A stretch of DNA of 64,000 nucleotides, taken from the NCBI GenBank assembly GCA_047967505.1, contig CM106538.1; one strand, 5' to 3'. The stretch is from Dipteris shenzhenensis. Taxonomy: Eukaryota. The position numbers and the translations under genes are program-made. Positions 49,414-63,100 of the stretch are shown here, in pieces. Positions within the stretch are counted from its first letter, which is position 1. Each line of letters opens with the position of its first letter. The notes beneath the pieces are model-generated. The model was not told the DNA's origin, did not search any database, and was given only the letters and a program-made list of their open reading frames with translations.

Positions 49414-49461
49414 GTGTGCGTGCGTGCGTGTGTGCTTGTGTGTGTGTGTGTGTGTGTGTGT
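49414..49461. repeat. (GCGT)n/(GT)n microsatellite
   Basis: gtgtgcgtgcgtgcgtgtgtg...gtgt. Confidence 0.9.
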
Positions 49462-50599
49462 GGAGTTGTGGAATACCATCATGACATCATTATATCCAAG
49501 TGTGACTTTCCTCACATGCTAGAGTAGTTCAATATTGGCTTTCCTCTAGAATCTTGCACTTTGCTCATGGAAATATCGACTTTGTAATGGAGGATTGATG
49601 AATGTGTACTAGCCTTTTTGAGTACTAGCCTTTGAGATGTGATGCTAATGATCCCAACCTCTCCTCGCATGCCACGCTTCTCTCACTCTTCAAACATCCA
49701 TTAAAGGCCTATGATGTGACTTACAGCTTCTCTATCTCAACCTCTCTATATACACTCTCATCTCAGGAAATTAACACTGAAGGGCCCTCTCAACTTACTT
49801 CTCACTACCTCTATTGGAGCTACTGTCTACTCTTGGAGTTTCAAGATGAACTATAAAAGATGGAAGTTAAAAGAGGGTACTTACACACTAAAGGTGCATG
49901 TCTCATGTGGACAAACATGTCCACTGTCCAAACTTCATGGCAACCAACCTCGGTCACCCATTGCCCAATGTGTAAGAACCTTGAATTCCTCCCTCTTTGA
50001 TCTCTTGTCCATGCTTAAGGAAAGTTTTGCATGGGATGAAGGGATGCGAGGAAGAGAGGGGATAAGTAGAAGGGAAAATGTGAAATTTACAAAAAGAAGG
50101 CGTGAGGGATAGGACATGGTTTAGAAGGGGATGGGATGGAGTGACGACTAGAAATTAATCCCATTCAAAACTGCATTAGCATAGAGCAGAGGAAAAACAA
50201 TGTGAAAGCAAGACAACCAGAGACAAATAGAGAGAAAGTATATTCAACCCTCTTTAGAATGATCTACAAATAAGACCCCTACCTACAATCTACTAAGCAG
50301 CCCACTCTCTGTTTGGCCACACACTCTTCTTGTCTGCCTAAGGCCTAAAGCTCAAAAGTAAAGCCCTCCCAAATGAAAATGCTATCTTCCTAGAGCACGA
50401 GCTCCCTGCTCAAAAAGCTTTACAAAAGAAAAAGGAAGCATACACACTGAAGGATAAAGCAGCTCCTGTTGGAATACCCTTGGATGAGTATCTTTTGGAC
50501 TTTGGTAAGAAGCAAGTTTTCTAGTTCTGATTTCCGCTTAGTATTGACAAGTTCTGCTTTAGTTTAGCCTGAGTTTTCTCCTCAACTTTGGCCCTCCCT

Positions 50600-51771
50600 C
50601 TACCCATTCAGTAGGCACTCGTCTTCTCCATCCTCCAGCTCAAACAGGTATTCGTGACTTCTCTCTTGTGACCTCCTCATCTCGAGCACCTTCCTGTGCG
50701 AATTCGAGTGGATTGTTTCGATAAACGTGGGGCTTGCTGCTGGTCTGTACTCTGGCAAAAGCCTGCCGGACTTGTACCTCACCCCGCATGCGTTGCACAG
50801 CGTCTTTGGACCCATCGGACCTGCCCTCCATTGAGGAGTTTTCTGAGTCGCACAATGCAAACACCTCCTTGCCGGAGCTCCGTCCTGACCCTTCTTGCTC
50901 TTGCTTTGATTGGTCTTGCAAAGCTTCTTTGCAGGAAAAGAGTCCGCTCCGCCTTGCTCGTATGCAAAAGTGTCGGAATCCGACGACTGAGGATCCGCAG
51001 CCGTGACTGTCGAGGTGGAGGAAGTTTCAAGAATGCATGCAGAGGCGTCGGGTGAGAGTATGCGTGTATTCCAGAAGCAAACGGCCGTTCGGCACCTCTT
51101 GCTCCTCGCACGCCCGGGAACAGATGTTTCTGGGCTGAAACTCATGCCAAGCTTTTCCGAACCCGCACTGCTTTCCAACACTGACACTGGACTCGTGCTT
51201 TTGAAATGTTCCTTACTTCCACGGAGCGATTTCTGTTCTTGAGACCCTGCGCCATGTACTGTAGACCCGAAAACATCCGCAGAAGCATTGCCAGAGGAGA
51301 ATGATTCTTCCACAAAGTTGGATAGCCATTCCAATTCCACCAAATCGTCACACTGAAAAGGAGAGAAGGGCGACATTAATCTTGGCTGTCTTGTCACGAA
51401 ACAAGCGAACAATGAAGAGGAGAGAGGAAAAAGAACGATGTTATTCATGAACGGACAGTCTGGAAGTGGACACTTACAGGTACGCAGAGCTCTCCCGGGC
51501 CATCCGCGTCGAAAACGCTTGGCGCATGAGAGTGCTTCCTTTCCACCGAAGCACTAGAGCCGAATTTGGCATCGGTGGCCGTCACTGAAGAAGCCCCGTT
51601 ACTGTGAGGGAGTTCAATTGGACCTCCAATGTCGTCGTTGGAGAAATCGAGCAGGTCATCAATTCCTAAGAAGTCCCCGTTGTCCAACTCCGCTGCTTTG
51701 CTATTATACCTTCTGGAGTCTGCGAAGGGGTAGCCATGTCCAACAGGAAGGAAGCAGTTGCCGATGTCCAT
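50600..51771 (-). CDS. Class A (subfamily I) GATA zinc-finger transcription factor, 348 aa; exons 51771-51478 and 51352-50600
   Basis: ATG at 51771. Exon 1 contains IDDLLDFSN...ELCVP. A 125-bp GT-AG intron (51477-51353) is phase 0. Exon 2 contains [34 protein letters not shown] and the CX2CX18CX2C finger CLHC...[38 protein letters not shown]...HSNSHRKV. No disabling lesions. Confidence 0.95.
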
Positions 51772-53230
51772 CTCTACGCCTAGTTTTTTCAGAAGCAACC
51801 GTTCCCCACCGGAAGCAAACGCTCTCTGCAGCATTCGGGAAGTTAAACCGTATAAGTAAAGGAAGCCACTTTGTGCAAGCCCTCCTCAGAAAAACACATT
51901 TGGTCTCACAAAGGCCTGTGCCAAATGGCGAAGCAGACAACCCAACTTGGTACAATCGGGCATCCGCATGCGAAGAGCATGCGCGTTTGCACGCCAGACA
52001 CGCAAAATACAAGCATGCATGCCGAATGTACAGACGGAGTCCCACACGACAGACCATGCCTGCTACACCTATGTAGAAGCTGAGCAAGAGCAATGGAGGA
52101 AAGAAAGAAGCCCCGAAACGACCATATCCCCACCCACATTGGACTAATGACATTCTGTTGCCGTTCGACTGAGGAAATTGTTCACTGACCAGCTTGAATA
52201 GACGCGTAAGCAACCGACGAGAGGTGCAATCAGACGAAGTAACACCCAACGAGGCAGCATCACATCAACAAGCTCACAACACGATTCGCATTGGACGAAG
52301 CAGACCAATGCACGTAAGAAGACAGGAAATTAAGCACGTTGAGTTGTTGATAAAGCTACGGAGCTTACATGTGAGAGGAGATATTGGGCTGGGCGGGAGA
52401 GGCGCTGAGGCAGAATGTATTGTGCACCAAGAAGGAGCTTATGGGTCAAGAGAAGAAAGGGGGGGTAAGTAGGTCTATAGAGAGCTGGTTTCAACTCTGA
52501 GCTGGGAAAGGAGGAGGAGGAAGCAAGCTGGGCGAGTGTAAGTGGAGATGATGATGCACGTTCTACTCCACCAGGTCCTGTCTGATTGCTGCTGGTAGGC
52601 TGGAAGCCAATGGGGATATTGCTAGGTGAAGAAGGTCATCGACCTTGTAAATCTGGCCTTCCTCTCTCGGTGGGAGGAAGCAAGCAAGTGGAGAGGGGAA
52701 GGCAGAGCAGGAAGCAGCGATGATTGGAGGGGGAGAGAAGTGGCGGGCAAGCAAGGAAGCAGAGGAGGGAATGGGGGGCAGGAAGGGAAGCAAGGAGGAG
52801 TAGAAGATGGAGGGAGGGAGGAAGGAGGGAGGGGGGTGGGTAGTGGAGGTGGTGGGGGTGATGAAGAAGAGGCATGTGATGCCGACAGAAGCGATGGGTA
52901 AACAGCATAATATTGCAATGCAAGCAAGCAACAAGCAGAGAGAGCTGACAAGCTACTTACTTGCTTAGTGGGTTGTGCAGCACAAGAGCACAAGCTCAGC
53001 ACAGCAACAACAAACAACAACAAAAGGGCTGATGGATGAGAAGCCTCAGCTTGCGGTACAGAGAGGCAACACACACAGACTTGCTTGTCTGATTTTATGA
53101 TTCCACATGAGCTCAGAGCTCTCATCAACTGTTGTATCTATCTTTCACCTTCCCTCTTCTTTTTATGACCCGAGTCCTAGGACCCTTCCCTGCATATCAT
53201 GATTTTGGGCTTATTCTATATACTCTTTAC
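51772..53230 (-). promoter_or_regulatory. Probable intron-containing 5' leader and core promoter of the GATA gene
   Basis: tgctgcag acceptor at ~51826; GTAAG donors at ~52368 and ~52960; a CT-rich tract on the sense strand at 52650-52870; CpG retained; TATA-like TATATAGAA near 53215-53223. The TSS is not determinable. Confidence 0.45.
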
Positions 53231-55679
53231 TTCTCCTGTAATTCAGACTCCCCCCCCGCCTGCCTCCCTCCCTTCCTTCGTGCCTGCATCGTGCGCTCCG
53301 TGCTTCCACGTCCCCTTTTAGTGCCCCCGAGGTGCTCCCTTCAGTCCGTCCACATTTTGTCCCTCCCCTTTCCATTTACTAATGTGGCCCCTTCCCGCCT
53401 GATTTAGCCCATCCCTGCTAACTTCTTGTCCACCTCACCTTGATACCAACACAACTCCTGCAATTAAAGGTCACCCTATCTACACTCACTTTGAGCTTGT
53501 CTTGATGGAGTCCCACTTAATACAGTGTTCAGAGAAAACCTGCAAACTATATACAATGAACCTGCAACATTTTCATTTTCACTCATATGAAATATTTTCT
53601 CAATTTTGTAAAATCTGAAGAAAAACCTTCAAAATTTGAAACCCCAAGTTTTCTGATTTATTGAGAAAAATGTTTTTTGTGAATACTGTGTGAGACCTAG
53701 CTCCCCTACATGTGCACTAGTAATACATGGAGCATGTTGTTATAGCATTTGTCAACACAAGCAAAGCATAAGCAAAAGTTTTGCCAACTCCATTTAAATG
53801 TTCACAAAGGTTTTGGATGTAAGATCATATGCTCAACCTACATTATGCTTGGACACCATAACTCTCGACTAGAGCCTTCTAGTTGACTAATGAAAACCTC
53901 CAGCCTAGCAACCACAATGTTCTTTTTTTTTGCAAAAAGAAAAAGGAAATTAAGTTAATAATTAAGTTAATAAAGAAAAGAAGACCCTCAACAAAGACCT
54001 CCATCCTAGCAACCACAATGTTGACTCTACATGGGTAGGAGGCAAATCCCTCACCAATAGAGTACATATAACTCTATTGGCACTCTAATGTGCTTGTAGT
54101 ATGCAAGGGGGGAACTAATCAATACATTTTTCCCTTGCAAAACTACTACACAACATGAAACCCTAGTTTTTTCCCCTAGTGAAAAGAAAGATTATATTAC
54201 AGAAAAGAAAAAAAGTATAGCTTATTTTGCTCAAAATCTAAGGCTTTAAGTGCTTTATAAGCTACTTGGAAAACCTAGCAAATCTATGATGTCGTATTGA
54301 AATTTCTAAAAGAAATCCTATAGCTATTTTCTATCCTCAACTACGATTGCATTTTAGTACTTCCACAAAAGGGTGGATGACTCCAGCTCTTATAAGGCTC
54401 CAAATGCCACACCAAATCTCATTAGGATGTCTTTATCTCCCAATAGCACATGCTTCCACTTTAGTGAAACTATTATATGAACTCTCGCTCACTGATTGTG
54501 AATACGCCTCCATAATGAATTCGTGAATACACAATTGCAAAAGAGGTGAACGTGTGTTTCAACTAGAATATTGCATAGTGAACAGACATGTGAGTCTGTA
54601 AGAACAAGGAGAAGGAAAACCAAGGCAAAGAGCACTAGGAGGTCTTGAGGCCTATATAACACACGGAAATGCCCATATCGGAAACAACAAAAATAGTGCA
54701 TTTTCCCACTTAAAACTTTATGTCACCACATTAGTGCATACAATAGATTCAAAACCATTTCCAATCATAAATTGTTTGTCACACTTAAAACTGATTGTCA
54801 TCACAAAGGTACAAACATGCATACAATGGCTTCAAAACCATCCAACAACACTATTTAAATTCAACTAGCATGCCTACATGGATGTTCAAGTAGCTTTGAT
54901 GCAACATACATACAACTAGCTAGACATTCAAGCAACTAGCATGCATAGATGACATTTTTAGACAATGCCACTTTCAAGCAAGATGTCTAGATTGGTCAAG
55001 TGCAACTTGAAACTAATACATTTCTTGGCAATGCCACTTACATCCAAGTATTTGCAGGAGAGAAATAAGCGAAGGATACACATTTCATTCGTGCTCAATC
55101 ACTATCTCTTTAATTGGATCAATTTAATGACTATAATTAGCTCCACAAGGAAGTCCTCTCACATAGCTACATCTACATACACATACAATAGCGTTACAAT
55201 AACACTAGATTCAAGTAGAATGGCTACAAGATTGGTTCCTTGCCAAATGAAACCAATATGTTTTCTAAGTTCATAGAGGAGTGGATATGATGTACCATCG
55301 GCAATGATCATCCCCATATTTAGAGAGTGACACTTCAATGGAGAGGCATGTAGCAACTTTTGTACATTCTAGCAACTTGTGTGCATATATTGCTTTTTAG
55401 ACTGGCATTTTCAAGCAAGATGTCTACGTAGTTCAAGTTCAAAACTCATTAGACATGGCAAACTGAAACTAATGCAATGTTAGGCAATGCCATTGTGCCA
55501 CCTACATTCTGAGCGGAAATTCCATAGGGGTTCAAACTTGAACTTTTCAAGTAAGCCTTTAGCCAAGTCCATACGTGCGCAATCATTGTCATTCCATTTA
55601 GTTAGCAACTATTCAGGGCCACCCTTGTCCAAAAGGTAATTATTTGTTCTCTTGTTTTCACATGCCAACGATCAACTAC

Positions 55680-57210
55680 GGTGTAAACTTAGGTGCACCA
55701 AGGTGAGTTAACGCATGCCAAGTGGCAAGGCCTACCAACTTCTTTTATAGTTTGGGCTACGATTGACGGTGCTTCTACGGTCCCAGCACATGCCTTCCAT
55801 TGGTTTCACTCCTCTGCACGTGAGTGCGTTAGGCGCTTTGTCAGCCCTCCCACGCCCCCTTCCCTTTTCTGTAATGCTAAATCCAACCCCTTGTCGTCCA
55901 AAGCCTCAACATTATGTCTCGCATTACTTTATTCTATAGCTTTTCCCTCTCTTTCCTCGTGATTCTCTCCCACACGAAGAGAGGAGAGAAGCGTTGGGTA
56001 CAAGCAAAACGCTGGATTTACCATACAGCTGCCTCTCCGTTGAAGCGTCGCTCTCCATCCGTGGTGATGGTTATCGGCGATGGTATATGATATCCACCGA
56101 TTTCTTGGAGTGGCCCAGCCCTAAAAAGATCCTAATTTGGTTTCGGGCCCGTGGTGGAAGGAACCAGAGCTTCTATTTACGGGGGTACTTTTAGCGGTGG
56201 GACATGGGCGGGTAGTCTTGAGGAAGACCGCAGTGAGATTTCGTCCAGCAGGAGAGGGCATTTGAAGTTTTAGCGATACGATCTTGACACGGAGAATTAT
56301 AGACATTAAGCGACGGTGACGTCGCGAGGGAAGCACGCAAGCGGCCTAGAAAGTCTGCATTAAAAAGTGTATGAAAAACGGAGGCGGAAATGAGGGGGGA
56401 AACTATAACACGAGTCATGCCAGCGGGGTGAGTAAAACAGTAGGTGGAACTTGAAAGGTTAGATGAACGGCAATACTCTGTAGGCGCACAAACGGCGCGC
56501 TGATGAGAAGATTTGGTTGGGGGTTTGAGAAACCTACACGTGAAACGCTCCAAGATTTAGGCACCCAAACAAGGGACGTACCGAACCACCGTCGACCAAG
56601 ATATGAGCGGGCCCTGCACCAATGGCAGATGATGCTCGTGCGGCATGTGCCAGCCTGGATTCATGCATGGCCATTCGAATCGTGTCCCAAAAAAAGGAAA
56701 TTTGATGACTGGACGGATGCGCGTGAATGGGTTGCATGTCATGAATCATGGCCAGTCATGAGTCGACCCGGCCCCGCTGCCCCAGAGGGTGGAGCGTCGC
56801 CGGCGGGCAGCGCCTCGGTCACGCTCAGCTGGCCGGGCGTCCCGCCGCCGTGGCGCGCCTTGATTTCCCAGACGCTCATGTGATTATGCCATGTTGGCAG
56901 ACCTCCACGTCATCTCCTCCTCTCATAAACGGCGACCGACTGCGACGGACCACGGGTCATTCAAGCCCTTCATCCAACCAGAGATCAGGTCAGGACTCAG
57001 GACACAGATCCGCTTGGGTTTAGCTTTAAAAGTTGCCCACTCGCTTCCAGCTCCCAAGCTGTCAAACCTCGAATCCCGAACTGCCGACTCTCTCTTCGTT
57101 TGTCAGCCGGGTCCGTGAGGACTGAGGTGCTCAGCAATTGTTTTTTACTTCTCACGCCTTTCTCACGACGCCTGCAGTCTCAACAGTTAGTTTGCCGGCT
57201 CATCCACGTC
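55680..57210. other. CpG/GC-rich island with no recognisable gene
   Basis: Abundant CG dinucleotides (e.g. 56760-56860) compared with the CpG-depleted flanks; CCACGTCA at ~56905 and ~57204. Confidence 0.6.
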
Positions 57211-58304
57211 ACCCTTCAAAATGGTTTTAAGTTTGTGCCCATGAAAGCTTGGTAAAGGGTGGCCTTTTTGTTACAGCAACTAACCAGCAGCAATTCTCGA
57301 CCTTTTTGTTTTGAGCGCCGGTTTTTCTATGTGGGGTTGCCTCCAAGGCTCCATGGATTCATGCGGCAAATTTTACTAATGCCAAGCCAACTTTAAATTG
57401 ATATGTATTTGGTCAACGGTATCTCTTAATTAATAAAGTTTAGTTGTTAATCCCTAACCCTAAGTATGTAAAGGCCCTTTTTATGTTTTGTCCCAGGCTC
57501 GAGCCTCCCTTTGGCTTTCTCCACTCTCCACCACCATCTTTTACCTACCCTCGATAGCCTCCTTTACAACTTCTCCACAACGTGCTCTCTCTTTACTAAC
57601 TCCTTTCTACCCATCTTTCTTTCATAATAGGCATTAAAGGATAGCCTTTCTGAACTCCTCTTCCGTTCGTTAAAGCAGAGCCATAGTTTTTTTGCCACCT
57701 TGCTAATGCAATGGTTAAGGTAAATATTTTTTGGGAACTGCAAATGTTCTACAACACCAATTATTTCTATGTAACCTCTCTTTAAGGATGCACATATTCT
57801 AAGATGCCAAGTGGCATGCCATTAATTTGTGCAACAATCCATGAGCACCACCATTTTATGCGTGTAAAAATAATCACATCTAGCCTCCTCAAATTCATAG
57901 AGCATCTTGGTTGTGCATCGATGGGCCATGTGGCATAACTTTAAGTGGTTGATCTACTAGAGAATAGACCTATGTAAAGGAGAAGGGTGATAAAAGACGA
58001 CGTTGTTACTTGCTGCAAAATTGAGCATCTCAAACAAAGTGTAGCCAATGCTATCTATAGTGAAAGCCGGTTGATACACCTTACCATAGTAGTATACCAT
58101 TTTCAATCTGCATCCTAGTTTTTTTAACATGGCTCCCATTGTGGAAAGATGCTAAGCAATATTCCCATTGTCGTTCACAGCTTCTGCTCTCCTCTAAATT
58201 TTACAACCAAGAAGCTTGTGCTCACTTTCAGTCATTTTGGCACCCCCTACTCGACTACTCCGAAGCTCTTCATTCATGTGCACAATGTTTGCACATGCTC
58301 CAGC

Positions 58305-59021
58305 TCCCCAATAATGTCTCTTCTATTATTACTACCTAGGTGGCAGTGTTGTACTCAAACGGGAGCTCCCCCTCTTTCATAAAGTTAGTGTAGCGATGAT
58401 ACTTGCACTCTACCTATACCACATGAATGCATCAATCTAGCGTTGAATGTGATGCTATGGTTTTTCAAACCTTGAAAACTCAAGGTGTCTTTGCATTTGC
58501 TTGCAACTAGAGGTAACTAGTTACTGATTGAATGCTTGTTGAACTTGGCACCATCCTATTCTCCCCACTGTACTTGGGTGGCAAGAACCATTTAGAGTGC
58601 TAATGCTAGTGATCATTGATGTGCACAATGCAATGCCCCAATAATGTCTCTTCTATTATTACTACCTAGGTCGTACTGCCATACTCAAAGTGTGGTTCTT
58701 CGTCTTAATGCCCATGCTCACAAAGATTGTGTATTGATGATAGTTGCACTCTAGCTTATACTACATTTTTAGTATGCTAATGCACTGATGTGGCCTTGAA
58801 TGTGATATGCTATGGTTTTTCAAGCCTTGAAAACTCAATGTGTTGATTTTTGCATTTGCTTGCAACTAGAGGTAAGTAGTTACTAATTGACTCAACAGAT
58901 CCACCCATCGGTTGTCAAACTTTATGCATATTTGCAACTCTATAGTGCTGGTGAATTGGGCACACACCCAATTCTCACCACTGTATTTGGGTGGCAAGAG
59001 TCATTTAGAGTGCTAATGCTA
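58305..59021 (+). repeat. Tandem duplication (~330/385 bp units)
   Basis: ccccaataatgtctcttctattattactacctagg at ~58306 and ~58636; atttagagtgctaatgcta ends both copies. Confidence 0.85.
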
Positions 59022-59115
59022 CTAATTGTGCACCGCCTATGTGTTCTAGTTTATCTAATTGTCTAAAAGGAGAAAGCATTGTACAATTCTATTTGGGGGG
59101 GGGGGGGGGGAATCA

Positions 59116-59278
59116 TTTAAAGCACATGTAAGAAAAATAGGTTAGCCCAACACTTGGAAAATCACATTATCTCACATAGTGTAGCAACCAGCGGGGGGAG
59201 CCAAACGTTTAAAGCACATGTAAGAAAAATAGATTAGCCTAACACTTGGAAAATCACATTAGCTCACATAGTGTAGCA
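59116..59278 (+). repeat. ~70-bp tandem duplication, each copy preceded by a G run
   Basis: tttaaagcacatgtaagaaaaatag...ctcacatagtgtagca occurs twice. Confidence 0.9.
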
Positions 59279-59399
59279 GCACAATAAATGTTATTGGAAA
59301 ATGATGTCTAATATCTATTCTTGTGATGCATGGATTGTCTCACGAATCATAAATCTTAAATGTGTGACATTTGATGTCAGTTGTTAAAATCTTATGTTC

Positions 59400-62300
59400 T
59401 CTCATACATACCATAATTCTTACACATCACATCATGTCTTATTACCATTGCTTAATGGCATTATGACAATGCAGTTATCTCCATATTTGAATGTGAAGCT
59501 TTAATTACACAACTCTTTCCATGGTCAATGAATAGAACATTTCTTCCCAAAAATGTAATAGTCCATCAATCACAAAAATATCCAACGCATGTGCTAGGCC
59601 ATAAAAGATGATCATAAAGTGAAGTCCAAAAAGTTTGTGTAGTTGTTGGCTCTCTAAGTGCAAAAGAATTGCAATATCAAAATTCTAATGTCGTCATGAA
59701 ACAAGTTATGATTTGCAACTTCATTTGGTAATATTGTGCTTAAAGTCAATTTAACATACTCTCCTCTAATGACTTCCCAAAATGAAGATTGCATAGCCAA
59801 AAAGTATTACAAGGAAGAACCTCTTTCAAATTATATGTAAGAAATCACTGGCACATTTTGAGGAGCTACCCTATCTAGAGCATATGGTTTAAGATTTCAA
59901 ATGCACAATTTTCTGCTATGTAAAACATGACAAAACGTCTTAGGTGTAATATTTAAAAACTACCCACAAGTGCTTTGCTTTTAACATTCCAAACTATGTA
60001 AGAGCCTCATTAGAGTTGTCTTGATTTAACTAAGAAAGCTTCTTGAGAGGATTGGAAACATGAAATAAATGGCACTATCTAAATGCTTGGACATGTATGC
60101 CAAAAACAAGTTTATAAAGTCAAAAGAGAAAGACATGTACTAAGAAGAATTTGGTGGAACTCATCCACCCTAGTGTGATAAATATTGGTGGCCCCAATAT
60201 TATGATCAATGGGAATACCTTTGCTATGTCAAAGAGATGTATGCTCCACTATGGGTGATCTAGTCCACATATGTACTCTTCCTCATTACTAAGGCACTCA
60301 TCACTTACCTGTCCCTTGTCCTTTTGTTCCTTTTTCAATTAAAAATATAGAATCTATATTTGTCATCATAAGAACTTGCATCAACTATGTCATTGTGAAT
60401 GTTGAAAAGATTGTTGTACATTGCCCCCAACATTGGAGGGTAGACATATACCTTAGATCGATGGCAAAGGATTGTGAAGGATGATGGCAAGTGGTGAGAC
60501 CGATGATGTTGGGTTACTTTAATTGTTACTAAGGGTGTCACATATGGGCTAAAGCTCAAGTCTTATGAAAGATATCTTCAAGATGTAGATTTACTTTTGA
60601 CCAAATCAACGAATGCGAATGTCTAATTAAACTTGAAGTGACCAAAGGTCTCATTTTATGAAAAATGTTTGTCTATTAACACTAAAATTTATGGTGTTTC
60701 AAAGGATGACAACTACGTATTACCTGAAATGTAATGGCTAAGATGAGTCTACTAAGAGACTCAAAGCCATATTAAACAAGATGATGAAGGGGAACCGGAT
60801 TGAAGGTGCACACTGCTTTGTCCATGCTTGTCAAATTGCATACATTGTCAAGATAGTTGCATCTCATACTTGATTCAAATTGCATACAAGGTAATTTCAT
60901 CTTATGCTCCATTCATACTTGCATTTGGTTTGGAGGAAATGAGACCTCTAGAATCTCTTGTGCCAAACTTACAAGTCATAGCTATACCCAACCTTCAAGA
61001 AGATAAGAAGCCAAGCATGTACTAGGATCAAATACTAACTTGCTAAGTTGAGAGCTTGATCTACTTGGTCTCCCGAGTCCCAATAGGTAATACAAAGATG
61101 ATAGAAAGCTTGGCATGATGGACATAATAGACTATCCTTTTACTTTTCCTAGTAGTAAAAGAAATTGAAAATCCCATCAAATTTTGATATAATTTTATTC
61201 AAAAAATTTTGAACTTTTGGAACTGCTATACAACCAATAATGCCACTTACTTTGTGAGTGCATCCTCTTTTGTATCAACAAAGAATGCCTCTTACTTTGT
61301 GGCATCCTCTTCTGTATCAACCATGAATGCCTCTTACTTTGTGAGTGCATCCTCTTCTATATCAATACCCACATCTTCATCATGGTCAAGATCATCATCA
61401 ACGCTGGATGATCCATCCTCCTCAGCACTTTCAACAACAACATTCCCTTCATCCTTGTGGAGACTTGCATGCACACCCACATTGGCCTAGAGGAAGAGCC
61501 AACACAATGTGTGGTATATGGAAGAACCTTCTCAAAGATGATGTCTATTGTCTTCTTTCTAAGGTGTCCATCATTGTAAGTTGGAAATCATAGACATGTA
61601 TGTCTAATCAAGAATGCATAAGCATGGTTGGTCTTTAGTATTCCATGACATTGCAATGTAATAATATGCTTTTGCCTTCTCAATCAAACTTCTCTTCTTA
61701 GATATGCATCTTTCATATTCAACATCTCTTTCTTGAGCTTGTGACTACTTAAGCTTCTAAGAAATTAAAAAATTTTGTGAGGTTTTAAAATCTTACAAAA
61801 ATTACTCTAAAAAGTAGGCCTTTTTTTTGCATACTTTTTTTTTCATACTAATACTGCATAATGGTTTTCCAAAATTGAAAGAAATAAGGCCACTTTTTAA
61901 GAAATATTCCAATTAGTTCTTATTTGTGTGCAATGTACTCTCTATATATGCAACAAATGTTTTGTCTATATAGTTTGACTATTGCCATTGAGTTGCTTTG
62001 GTAAATTTTCCCCATGAAGGTTCCCAAGTTTTGTAGGTTGCAAACAAGAATTGTACAATAAAAACCAAAATATATTTCTCTAAATGCTTTCTTAATAATG
62101 ATGTCTTTTGAAACTCTCATAAAGTGTGGTACATTGTTCTTTTCTTAATCCATGCCACCCATAAGAGATCTCAAAATATTTATCTTCATTCATTAAGCAT
62201 TTTCATTTATGTTTGGTAAGCTTTGAGTGCTCTTGAGCTTGTTGCTCCTTGTGGTGCTTAAGAGCATGACTGATCTGAGATGCATGGCAAATTATTAATG

Positions 62301-63100
62301 ATTTCTCAAAATCTTTTAAAGAAACCAAAAAAACTTGTATAGATAATTGATACCTTTTTAGACCAGGGTTCTCACCCTTTTTTTTGTGATGCTTGAATGC
62401 TCCCTTTCTTTCTTTGACAATTGATCCCTTTTTAGACCGCGGTTCTCATCCTTTTTCGTGGCGCTTGAGATTTGTGCATATACTATATGCTACCATTCTT
62501 TATTTCTTGGTATGTTTGCATTACTTCCACAGTCTAATGAAATGGAAATGGCTTGCAAAATATTCATCACTTTCTACTCATTTTCTCTTTGTACAAAGTG
62601 AACCTCAAATCTAGTGTAATTATCCCATGAAATGTAATTTTCTTATTGTCAGCATTACTTCTGTGTGTATGGAAAAGTAGCTTTCCAACCATGAAATGGC
62701 CATATATCTCATGCACCCCATTAGATATGGTTTGAAGAATCTCATACTCTTTATACATGTGCCAGCTTTGCATCCCCTAAATATGAATGCTTTTAGAAGA
62801 TGCTTTATAAATTTTCATACTCCCAACATAATACTTGACTGGCTCATTTTTTAAAGCGGCAATTGTTGCATTTAATTATTAATTTTGATCCTCATAATGC
62901 AAACCAAGATACTATGTCCTTCTGGCTCTAAACCTTCTCACCCCAATGCTTCCTAAATTATTTGTGGTGCTAGTTTCACTCAATAGATAACAAAGAAGTC
63001 ATCCTCATCCTCCTCAACACATAACTAGTGCACCTTTTATCAATGTGCAACCTCTTCTTTCTTGAGTGCCTTGACCAAGGAGATTCATTACATTCAACCA
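59400..63100 (-). mobile_element. Highly degenerate DNA-transposon (possibly CACTA-like) coding remnants
   Basis: Only faint minus-strand motifs: SNGCMRY (~62710) and FMIIFYGLAHALDIFVIDGLLHFWEE (~59540-59620), loosely resembling Transposase_21 blocks. Confidence 0.25.

Noticed and set aside
50600-51448. 282-aa ORF taken as the full GATA protein from its first Met
   Set aside because: Its first 32 codons are intron; conserved N-terminal motifs lie in exon 1 (51771-51478).
50640-52472. Multiple overlapping ORFs on both strands around the GATA gene
   Set aside because: These are shadow frames of GC-rich coding and leader sequence; only the spliced GATA frame has conserved motifs.
55960-56210. 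USE-like TCCCAC motifs suggesting a Pol III snRNA or telomerase RNA gene
   Set aside because: The match to RTCCCACATCG is poor, there is no correctly spaced TATA, and no recognisable snRNA or template sequence follows.
55615-57266. Possible TIR pair gggccacccttgtccaa / ttggtaaagggtggcc around the CpG island
   Set aside because: The match is short and imperfect with no TSD, which is insufficient to call a transposon.
61209-61490. Ser-rich ORF with NASYFVSASS repeats
   Set aside because: It is produced by a ~42-45 bp triple tandem repeat in decayed TE sequence.
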